64,000 nucleotides of DNA from Geosiphon pyriformis uo1 (taxonomy: Eukaryota; Fungi; Glomeromycota). Shown piece after piece: positions 1 to 9,960 of this stretch. Position 1 is the first letter of the stretch. Every line of letters begins with the position of its first letter. The translations under genes and the position numbers were made by a program. The notes under the pieces are model-generated. The model saw only the letters and a list, made by a program, of their open reading frames with translations. It searched no databases and had not been told where the DNA came from. The DNA lies in the NCBI GenBank assembly GCA_016748015.1, contig JAAOMT010000235.1, forward strand, positions 62,001-126,000. The letters run 5' to 3'.

Positions 1-2
1 AT

Positions 3-657
3 TGTTACAGATTGGAGTAACAAGCTAATGGATAGCAAGAGAGAACAGAATTGTAGGGTGATGGAAATAATCAAAGAAGATTCAACTTTAATGAGCGAAT
101 TAAATAAGTATGGATTCAATGTGTGAGATCAGTCTCATAAAATATCTCAGTCACTATTCTTTTCAAAGGTAACTGGGGAATCTGAAGATAGAGAGATAGT
201 CCATACTGTCAACAATTAATTACTGCTGGTATTAATTCTATGCCTTCACGTCAGTGCTCTTAGAATTCAATATTAGGTATCAACTTGTGCTCTTCAGTCA
301 CATTTATACAAATAGTCTTCAAATACTACAATTATTCAAACAGAAAAAGGCCAACAAGTAATCTTTTATTCTAAGATGTTTGGATACTTGAAGGTAGGAA
401 AAGAGAAATTAGCAATAAGAGAGTGATTGAGATGAAAGTTGTTATTTTTATTTATTTGATTCTTGTCTAAAAGATGATTTTCTACAGCTAAGAGACTCAT
501 CACTTATATAGCTATTGAAAGTGGTCAATGACCAGGTTAATGGTCAGATCATTGATCAGGTCAATGATCACTATCTAAAAATAGAGTGGCTAATTATATG
601 TCATCAGTGGCTAATACATGTGATAACTAATAAAAATTATGAGTTTCAATCATAACA
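3..657 (-). repeat. 3' LTR of A1
   Basis: TGTTA...TAACA termini; homologous to 6995-7733; abuts the PPT at 658-668 (GGAGAGGATGA on the minus strand). Confidence 0.93.
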
Positions 658-1283
658 TCATCCTCTCCAAAGAGATTAAGCTCCAGCGAAATCAAGCTAT
701 TTATAGGGTATTCTAATTGAAGGGTTTTGTCTAACTCAAACCTAACTAGTTTGTTGAAGTTTTTTGTGGATAGAGTGTATAGTACTTGAGGTAAAATAAG
801 CTTTGTATCCAAGAGACCAAATCTTTGTATAAGAGTTTTGGCTCTTTTTGCAATGGTCAAAACTCTTAGGACATCTAAACATATAATGCCCAAAATTTCT
901 ACTTGTATCTCTAAAGTTGTTTTCTTTATAAGCTTTATTTCTTCTATAATTTCACCAAAACAACTATAGAGTTCTAGTTGCCTTCCATATGACAAGTTTT
1001 TGTCTATGGGCAAGATTTTTTTAATCATTTTTCCAATTGTCATGGAAGGTGTAAGTATTGTTGCTGTTATGCTTTCCAACAAATACTTATCCATTTTGCT
1101 ACCAATTCTTTCTCTTCTGATAGTGGTTTTCTTTGGTCTAATAACAGTATGAGTTCCATTGTTATCAGTTATGGTGGTTTGTTTTCCAATGGTCAGAGTA
1201 GCATTTGGATAATTTTTGATCCAGTACTCATAGAGAGTGTAAAAAGCATTTTGAATGTTTTGATCTAGAAAATAATTGTTCAT
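627..1283 (-). CDS. ORF3 of A1: uncharacterised protein in the env position, open in this copy (~218 aa from MNNYFLDQ)
   Basis: Lies downstream of the integrase stop, crosses the PPT and stops inside the 3' LTR. Homologues are present in A2, A3 and family B. Confidence 0.8.
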   Translation of the reverse strand: MNNYFLDQNIQNAFYTLYEYWIKNYPNATLTIGKQTTITDNNGTHTVIRPKKTTIRRERIGSKMDKYLLESITATILTPSMTIGKMIKKILPIDKNLSYGRQLELYSCFGEIIEEIKLIKKTTLEIQVEILGIICLDVLRVLTIAKRAKTLIQRFGLLDTKLILPQVLYTLSTKNFNKLVRFELDKTLQLEYPINSLISLELNLFGEDDVMIETHNFY

Positions 1284-1324
1284 GTTGATTGAAGATACCT
1301 CTGTTTTGGGAATGGTGCATTTAT

Positions 1325-2637
1325 TTATATCTGATTTTTGTTGATCATTTGGGTCAGTATTACCACAACAGGTAACCAATCAGGTTATTTGTGATATTTC
1401 TTGAGTCATGTGCCATGAATAAGGCGATCATTGAAGATTGTTCTATATTGATCTTGTAAGATATAAGAACCATTGTTTAAAACTTTGTTAACTATAAAGA
1501 GTCCTTTCCACCAGCTAGAGAATTTATTACCATAGACATTGTCTCTGTCTGAATGGTATTCTAAAACTAAGTCATCAACACTTAAGGAAAGTGTTTTATA
1601 TGTTTTCTTTTTCTTAAGCTTCTCTTGGAATTGTTTTATTTTTTCAAAAACAATTATCTGTGCTTCTACTAATAAGTCAAGAATAGTACCAAGTCTTCTT
1701 TGCAAAATGTCTTTGTAATTGCCTATTGTTATTTCTTCAAAGAGTATTGTCTCAATGTTAATTTCTATTGGTAAGGTTGCCATTTGTCCATAAAGTAAAT
1801 AAAAAGGTTTATAACTTGTTATGTTATAATTCACAGTTCTATAGGCAAACAAAGCTAAAGGCAGTACTTTGTCCTATAAGTTTGTTTCTTTGCTGGTTTT
1901 GGCTAGGGTTTCACATAGTGTTCTATTAAAATGTTCTACTAGGCCATTTGTTTGGGAGAGATAAGGAAAAGAAAGTTTGTGACATATTCCCATTTTTCTG
2001 CAAAGTTCTTCAACAAGTGTACTGAGAAAAGCTCTTTCTCTGTCAGATAAAAATTCTTTGGGGCAGCCATGACAACAAATGATATCTTTATAAATGAAAT
2101 TGGCTATTGAGACTGCTGTTTGGTCTGGAGTGGCTCTTGCTTCTACTCACTTTGTAAGATAGTCGGTAGCTATAATAATATATCTGTTATCATCAGGAGT
2201 TATTGTTAAAAGTCTAACAACATCTATACCAATTCTGTCAAAAGATTAACCAACAGAGATTGGATGGATATTTTCTTTGTGATTGGGTTTTCCTCTTTTT
2301 TGGCAGATATTACAGATTTTGATGTATTTAGCAATGTCTTTTTTCAAGGTAGGCCAATAATAGTGAGCTAAAATTTTTTGAATTGTTTTTGTTTTTCCAA
2401 AGTGTCCAGCTAATAGATCAGTGTGCATATTGTAGATCACAATTTCTCTTTTTTCAAATCTGATGACTCTTTGGGGGCAGTCAGAATTTTTTTATTTCTT
2501 TTATAAAGTTGGTTCTGATGAATCAAATAGAAATTTAATTGTTTACACAAATGTTTTCTTTGTTGTTGTGTGTATTTTGGTGGGTATTGTCCTTTACCCA
2601 AAAATTCCATTAAGGCAGAGTAGTTGTCCAAGTCCAT
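1325..2637 (-). pseudogene. Integrase of A1 (separate ORF; HHCC, DDE core, GPY/F-like C-terminus)
   Basis: Starts MDLDNYSAL; contains HTDxLAGHFG...C-xx-C and C-terminal FSSWWKG/NNGSYILQD; broken by stops. Confidence 0.88.
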
Positions 2638-2704
2638 TATTGTGTTTGTCAAAAAGGGGGAATTACTAATAATTAAGTTGATTTGGTTTGAGAGAGTTGT
2701 TCTG

Positions 2705-5398
2705 TCATTAGATGGTAAATCTGAAGAAAGCATCGGCATTTTGATGATTAGCTCCTTTGTGATGTTGAATATTATAGTCGAATTCATCCAAGTGGAATAT
2801 CCAGTGAGTTATCCATTTGTGTTCTAGCCTTTTTTTGTTGTGCAGCCAAACCAAAACTTAGTGATCTGTTACCACCAAAAACTTCACACCAAGAAGATAC
2901 TTACTCCAGTAACTGGTGGACTATACTACTGCTAAGCATTCTTGTTCAGTGACTGAATAGTTTTGTTCTGCTGGGGAAAGAGTTCTACTGGCATAGGCTA
3001 TGGCATGTTCTTTGCCATTTTCATCTTTCTAGAAGAGAACAGCACCAAGTCCAAAGTCAGATGCATCAATGTAGAGAATAAAGGGTCGATCTAGATCAGG
3101 TTGCTTGAGAATGAGTTCTGTAACCAGTTTTTCCTTTAAAGTTTCAAAGGCTTTTTGCTGATGTGTTTCCCAATGGTAATTGACATTTTTCCTGAGTAGC
3201 TGATTAAGAGGAGAGGCAATTTTGGAAAAATTTTTGACAAATTTGTGATAATAAGAGGCCAAACCAAGAAAAAAGCATAGTTCATAAATGTTCATTGGTT
3301 GTTTAATGTTTTGGAATTTTTCAACTTTGGCTGGGTCAGGAAAGATTCCATCTTTAGTGATAAGATGACCAAGAAATTGGGTGGATTGTCTTTTAAAGAA
3401 AGATTTGATTGGGTTGATCTTGAGACCAGCATTTCTAAGAAGATCAAAAACCTTTTGCAAATGTTCTAGGTGTTCATCCCAGATTTTTGAGTATACCATT
3501 ATGTCATCCAAATAGACTAGAACAAAGTTTTTCTTAACTGATTCAAATACTTTATCCATTAAGCATTGAAAGATAGGAGGGGCGTTGGTGAGACCAAAAG
3601 ATATGACTGTGAATTCATAGGTGCCATACTTGGTGATGAAGGCAGTTTTTTTTTTGTTTTCTGGATCCATTTCTACTTGCCAGAATCCAATAGTTAAGTC
3701 AATGTTTGAGAAGAAAGCAGCATCTTTGAATTGGTCTAACATTGGATCAATTTTGAGAAATGGGTACATGTCTCTTTTAGTGATGGCATTTAATTGGCAG
3801 TAGTCAACACAGAAGCATAGTGTTTCACTTTTTTTGGATATCACTACAACTGGGAAAGCCCATTCACTCTTGGTTTTTTGTATGAATCCAAGTTCTTTCA
3901 TCCAGTTTATCTTTTTCTTGATAAACTCATCATTGCACTGATTGAATTGATAAGACTTCAAATAGATGGGTCGAGTTTCTCTGATGGTAATGGTGTGTTG
4001 TATTACATGGGTATGTCCAGGAGTATCACTTTCTTTGGAAATAACTGGGCTATTTCTAGCCAGCAAATTTTCAATCTCTATTTTTCTTTCTTCTGGAGAG
4101 GGTTCTTTTTGTTCTACAACCAGTGATTGGATCTCAGGTGGTTTATTCTCAAAGAACTTCTGTACTTCTTTCAATTCTTCTCTGGGTATCAAACTGATTG
4201 GTTCCCAATCTCTGTAATAAATCAGGCATAATTTGCATTCATCACTTGGAGAATACAAGAGTTTGTTGCACCAACACCAGACACAAAGACCATGCCACCA
4301 AAAACTGTATTTGGCTTTCTTGCCAGGTTTTTTTTCAAAGGTTGTTCTAAGAATATCATAATAAGGCCAACAGATTAGCTTGCTATTTACAATGATTCCT
4401 TCTTTGTCTGCTTTAACATTGTCCAGTGGTTTGTTATTGTTGGTGAAGGTAGTATAGGCGAGTTCAGCAGTTTCTTCTTGCTCTTCTTGTTCTTCTTCTT
4501 TATCACTCTCTTCATCATCTGATTCATCTGATTGTTCTTCTTCTTGGTTTTGTTTGGGTACTGGGGGAGTTGTCCAATAGTAATATTTAACCACAATGGG
4601 TTTCTCATCACATCTGATGGTTAATTCACAAAGTTCATAATCAAGCAAAGCTTTTGCTTTCTTGAGCCATTCATTACCAACAATGATAGTGTATTCCTTG
4701 GCTTCAGAAACTTCTATGTCAGTTTCAATGCTGATTCTATTGATGCAGACAGGAACAGCTTTGGCAATACCCAGTTCTTTTTTTTTGTTATTATGTATGT
4801 TGGTCATTGGTCTGGTGGAAAGTTCATCAATTTTTCTACCAATTGCTTTCAAGAAGTGTTTGGCAATGACACTAACAGATAATCCACTGTCCAGAATTAA
4901 GTCAATGAAGTATTCAGCCACTTGGGCTTTACAAATCAGAGGGGTGACATTGCTGTTGTCAGCAAGTCCAACTTGGCGAGAGTGCTTGTTGGTTTTTGGT
5001 GTTTTCTTCTTTGGAATCAAAGATTTGTGAAGATCCTTTCTGAACTATGGGTGGGTCATTAACTGGCCAAAGATAATATGTGCTGGGGTTTCCATAAGAT
5101 CTTTGACAATGGAATAGGGTCCAGATTTTTGTACAATTTCTGGGAGTTCTAACTTTGGAGAATTCTTAAAAACTTTAGCCTTTGGTGGCTTATTGTTATT
5201 AGTGGCAGAAGTTGAGGCTTTGTTGGGGTCTAGAACGAAATCAACCTTGGCTTTTTTCTTCTTTCTGGTTGGTTCTAAGGTGTTGATTGCTAGTTCATCT
5301 ATGTCATGGTCATCATCAGTTAAGTTAAAAGCATAAAAAAAGTTTTCTTCTGGTTGGCTTGCACTTTCATCTTTTGGAGGTGCACTTACCAGTTTAAA
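2705..5398 (-). pseudogene. pol of A1: aspartic protease, reverse transcriptase, RNase H
   Basis: LILDSG protease motif, FCVDY, FGLTNAP, YLDD, YIDAS. Entered through a -1 frameshift site at 5392-5398. Confidence 0.92.
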
Positions 5399-6942
5399 GG
5401 CTAATAAACAGTGGCTTCAACTAGGGAATCCTTTCCAAAAAAATTGATGTTGGCATGATTGGGTCTTTGATTGGGGACATTGTTGTTGTTGTTGGGTCTA
5501 TTGTTTTAGTTGTCATTGTTTCTGGGAGCTGGAAGAGGCAGTGAAGGATTGTTACAATCTCTTGAATAATGTCCAGTTAATCCACAACAATAGCACACAG
5601 GTGGACCATGATTTTGCTGTCTTTAATAGGGAGGTTGCTGGGGCTGGTTAAAACGAGGTTCATATCTAGATCTTGGTGGTTGCTGGTTATCTCTGACTGC
5701 TTGTGCCAATGGTTCTAATAACTGGACAAAGTTAGCTGTAAGTCTATCTATCAATTATTCATTTGGGTTTTGGGTTTGGGCAGCAAAAGAAGTAGTGGCC
5801 ATTTGAGGAGTAGGAGCCATAATAAGAGCAGAAGCAAAAACTGGAAGTGTGGATCCCAAATGTATTCTTTGATTGTCTTCAATTCTTTGAGCAAGTTCAA
5901 TGACCATATTCATAGTGGAATTATTTTTTAAAGCCAAGAGAGGCCAAAGAGCATATGATAAATCAGTTCTCAATCCTTTTGTAAAAGAGTAGATCTTTTG
6001 CTCTTCAGTCCAGTTTCTACCAAAATCTACATGCTTGATGAGTTTTCTGATTGCTTTGGCATATTTGGTCACAATTTCACTAGGACCTTGGGTTCTTCTT
6101 TCTAATTCCATATGCTATTTAGATATTAAGATGGGGGTTCTGAATTTGTTTTCAAACTGGGTAGTGAAAGAGGTGTTGTTTTCTTCAATATTTGCTGGGG
6201 TCCATCTAACAATTCTTTGTTGAGCACCAGCATTGGTTTCTTGTAAAAACCAGATAGTAGGGGAGCCTTGAAGGTAGCCACCAACGATTTGGAACTTGTA
6301 TTCATCATCATACTGGTTTGCAGTGGCTGCTCTTTCAAAATTGTCCAACTATTCAATTGGATCTTGGGCATCACTTCTGAATAGAGGTAGTGGGGTGTTG
6401 TTTCTTTGTTCCAAAGCAATTTGTATGCCTTGGAGAGCGGCCAGAATGTTTACTTGCATTGGATCTTGGGCCATTGGTTCAGGAGTTACTGTTTGTGTAA
6501 AGTGCTCTGATTCACTTAAGAAGAGATTAAAAATAGGGGCTGTTTGGTAGCTTTTTTCTTTTGTTTTAAGAAGAGTTACTGTTGATTAATGGGCAGCAAT
6601 CCAAATGTGGATTTGATGATTCAGATATTCGAAATTAGGGGGCTGTTGTTCAAAGGTTGTAGAATATAAGAGCTGATTGATACTGTTGTTTCTTTCTTCA
6701 AAGTTATCTTCAAAATAAGCTTGATCAAAGTAATAGGTTGTATAAGTTGTGTAGGTTTCAGTTGAATGCTCATTTAGGAACCAGTTCCAAAAGTCTTTGA
6801 ATTGTCTGCTGGATTGTTTTTCAATAGGAAAGCAAATTAAGCAGGAGGGCAAAGGATTAAGTTCAATAAAATCTAGGTTATTTCTGTTGTGTGCTGCAAA
6901 GTGTTTTTCTGATTGCTGTGGCAGATATGAGTAATCACTCAT
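5386..6942 (-). pseudogene. gag of A1
   Basis: Capsid-like segments (FERAATANQY, RRTQGP..YAKAIRKL) and a CCHC knuckle; several stops. Confidence 0.88.
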
Positions 6943-6971
6943 ACAATGAGGGAATAAGTGAATTTTGACAA

Positions 6972-6988
6972 CTTCACAGGAAGCACCA
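6972..6988 (-). promoter_or_regulatory. Primer-binding site of A1 (elongator tRNA-Met-like)
   Basis: TGGTGCTTCCTGTGAAG, 6 nt from the LTR; a decayed version of TGGTGCTCCCTGTGAGG in A3. Confidence 0.8.
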
Positions 6989-6994
6989 CTTTTA

Positions 6995-7733
6995 TGTTAT
7001 GGGTTGAAGTAACAAGCTAATGGATAGCAAGGGAAAACAGGATTGTAGGGTGATGGAAATAATCAAAGAAAATTCAACTTCAATAAGTGAATTGAATAAA
7101 TATGGATTTAATGTGCGAGATCAGTCTCATAAAATATCTCAGTTGCTATTCTTTTCAAAGGTAACTGGGGAATCTGAAGGTAGAGGGATAGTCTGTACTG
7201 TCAACAATTGATCACTGCTGGTATTAATTTTATGCCTTCACATTGGTGCTCTTAGAATTCAATATTAGGTATTAACTTGTGCTCTTTAGTCACGTTTATA
7301 CAAATAGTCTTCAAATACTACAATTATTCAAACAGGAAAAGACCAACAAGTAATCTTTTATTCTAAGATGTTTGGCTACTTGAAAGTAGGAAAAGAGAAA
7401 TTAGCGATAAAAGAGTGATTGAGATGAAAGTTGTTATTTTTATTTATTTGATTCTTGTCTGAGAGATGATTTTCTATAGCTAAGAGACTCATCACTTATA
7501 TAGCTATTGAAAGTAGTCAACAACCAGATCAATGACTAGGTCAATGATCAGGTCAATGATCAAGTCAACAATTAAGTTATTGATCAGATTAATGATCAGG
7601 TCAATGATCAGGTCAACAGTCAGATCATTGATCAAGTCAATGATCACTATCTAAAAATAGAATGGCTAATTATATGACATCAGTGGCTAATACATGTGAT
7701 AACTAATAAAAATTATGGATTTCAACCGTAAGA
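6995..7733 (-). repeat. 5' LTR of A1 with expanded 12-bp tandem array
   Basis: Homologous to 3-657; array of GGTCAA(T/C)GATCA-like units at ~7515-7645. Confidence 0.92.
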
Positions 7734-8404
7734 ACATTTTACTATCCCAGTTCCATACTTTGGTTGTGCACTTCCAATCTATCCTCTGGTCCAAAAACTT
7801 CACTGTCTTATGTACTTTGTCATTGTCAATCCAATTTAAAGCCCCTTGAATTACAGTCTGTTGGTTCAGAAAATGTCTAATATTCAGATCCAATTCAACT
7901 TCTCTGCAAGAGGAAATGTAACTAATATTCTTAACATTATAAGCCCAACCTACAATGTTAAAAGCAGTAGCTTCTTTGGCTAATTTGTCAGCCATCTCAT
8001 TTTCGGATATTTTAGTGTGTATAGCCATTTTGTTTATGTTGAGTTCAATTCCTTTTTCACTTATTACTGCCTTGATTGTGTTTTATATGCACCAGTTAGG
8101 AGTTTTGAGCTAATTCCTAATAGACATGAGAGATTCTTTGGATAACTATTTTTGAGCTGTTGACACTACTGCTTAATTGTCTGTGTTTAATGTTAGTTTA
8201 CATTTGTAAGGTACTATTTGCAAAGCCAATAACACAGCTTTTGCTTCTGTTTTTGTTGATAATAATGTTCTATCAACTGCAATACCAAAGTTGGCCTCTA
8301 TTCCATGTGTTACAAAAGCAGCTGCACTCCTAATGTTGTTACTCATAAAATATAGAAAGTATATTAGCATATAAATTAGCCAATCATAAGTAGACATAGT
8401 AAAT

Positions 8405-8575
8405 GTGAAATTCCAGGATTTCTCTTAGAAGAATTGCAGGATTCCAGGAATTGCAAGATTTTCATAGGAGGAATTGCAAGATTCTAAAATTCCAGAATTC
8501 TTCTCAAAGAAATTGTAGAATTCTAGGAATTCTAAGATTCCTGATATAAAAAATTGAGGAATTGAGAAATCTCAA
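8405..8575. repeat. Degenerate minisatellite (GGAATTGCAGGATTCC-like units) inside LTR C
   Basis: Repeated GAATTGCA(G/A)GATTC and GAATTC motifs. Confidence 0.65.
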
Positions 8576-9136
8576 ATACATATATATAGTAGTAGTATCA
8601 GAAGTTAGAAAATTAGTCAATAGAACTTAGAGTTAATTGATTCATGGAGTTAATTAGACTTATAGAATCAATTAAACTCACAAAATCATAATTATTAAAA
8701 TTACCAAAAAAAAAGAATCCTTTAGAAAAAAAAAGATCTCTCTGTTTAGATTTAAATCTAAGCAACCTTCCAAATTTACAAATATTAATAAATAATTATT
8801 CACTATCTCAATCTACTCTCCACTATCAACACTTCATGTTGATAATAATTAATACTTAACCATGCTGAAACAATAGCTCTTGATCATGGCTATTGACAGG
8901 ATACTAACTTGCAATTGTTTTTGTTTATTTTCTTGTATTTTTCTTTTATTTTTTTGTTTTACTAATTGATTGAGAGTTAAGTGCTAAGTTATTGATGTCA
9001 AGAATAGCCTGGTAAAAGACCCCAAAAGAAGGGTATAGGAATTATATATATTAACAGATAGCTTACCAGAAGGGCATCTCTGCCAAATTACTGGCCACCA
9101 TGCTGAGAAAAAAATTTGACAGAATTGTAATTCCGG

Positions 9137-9915
9137 TGTTACCAGTAGAATTTTAGCTATTAATTAGCATGAAATTACCCTTATAATTTCTATAATTCAT
9201 TAGTATATTAATATCATTTCAAATTATCATTTATTATTTAATCAATTATTACATATCACAATTCAATTAAAATAATCTAATTAGTATAACAGAAAGTAAG
9301 ATGATCAAATTACACAATACCCTGAACTTTGTAACATTCAAAAATTCGCCGAAATTTACAGAAATTCGCTGAAATTNNNNNNNNNNNNNNNNNNNNNNNN
9401 NNNNNNNNNNNNNNNNNNNNNNNNNNNNNNNNNNNNNNNNNNNNNNNNNNNNNNNNNNNNNNNNNNNNNNNNNNNNNNNNNNNNNNNNNNNNNNNNNNNN
9501 NNNNNNNNNNNNNNNNNNNNNNNNNNNNNNNNNNNNNNNNNNNNNNNNNNNNNNNNNNNNNNNNNNNNNNNNNNNNNNNNNNNNNNNNNNNNNNNNNNNN
9601 NNNNNNNNNNNNNNNNNNNNNNNNNNNNNNNNNNNNNNNNNNNNNNNNNNNNNNNNNNNNNNNNNNNNNNNATTTTTAGTAAGCTTCCAGATGAGCAATT
9701 CCTGGGAAAAAGTTGACATTTACTACAACATAACTACATGAAGCAACTGGCACAGAATTGGCCATTCTACTTATAAGCCCAGCAGTTCAAATTATAGAAG
9801 ATAATTTGAAGATAAATTCAGTTATTGGAGGTTCAACTACTTCTAGAAAACGTGAATTTGCAACCAACAGACAGTTACAACACTCAAGAAAAGAGACCAA
9901 AAACCTCCAGTAACA
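9137..9915 (+). repeat. 5' LTR of B (contains an N gap)
   Basis: TGTTACC...GTAACA; matches 17909-18686. Confidence 0.92.
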
Positions 9916-9917
9916 TT

Positions 9918-9933
9918 TGGTGCTCTCCCATGG
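9918..9933 (+). promoter_or_regulatory. Primer-binding site of B (tRNA not assigned)
   Basis: TGGTGCTCTCCCATGG starts 2 nt after the LTR end. Confidence 0.75.
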
Positions 9934-9960
9934 AAATAACACAGCAACAACAAATTCAAA

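Larger units (their letters stand above)
3..7733 (-). mobile_element. Ty3/Gypsy LTR retrotransposon, family A copy A1 (full length, degenerate)
   Basis: Two LTRs (3-657, 6995-7733), PBS, PPT and gag/PR-RT-RH/IN/ORF3 on the minus strand. The right flank is ACAT and the left flank ends ..AT, consistent with a 4-bp TSD. Inserted in the 3' part of LINE-a ORF2 (WNWDSKM). Confidence 0.95.

Noticed and set aside
627-1379. ORF3 as env or chromodomain, and the track's start at 1379
   Set aside because: No signal peptide, TM helix or aromatic-cage pattern. The upstream 32 codons overlap the integrase end, and that frame has a stop in A2, so ATG 1283 is preferred.
7090-7200. Functional tRNA-Met gene in the LTR
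   Set aside because: Only the anticodon arm and variable region match; there is no acceptor stem, D-arm or TTCG B-box. Kept as a partial match only.
7515-7645. Repeat array as a possible CRISPR
   Set aside because: 12-bp head-to-tail units without unique spacers, inside an LTR, with no cas genes.
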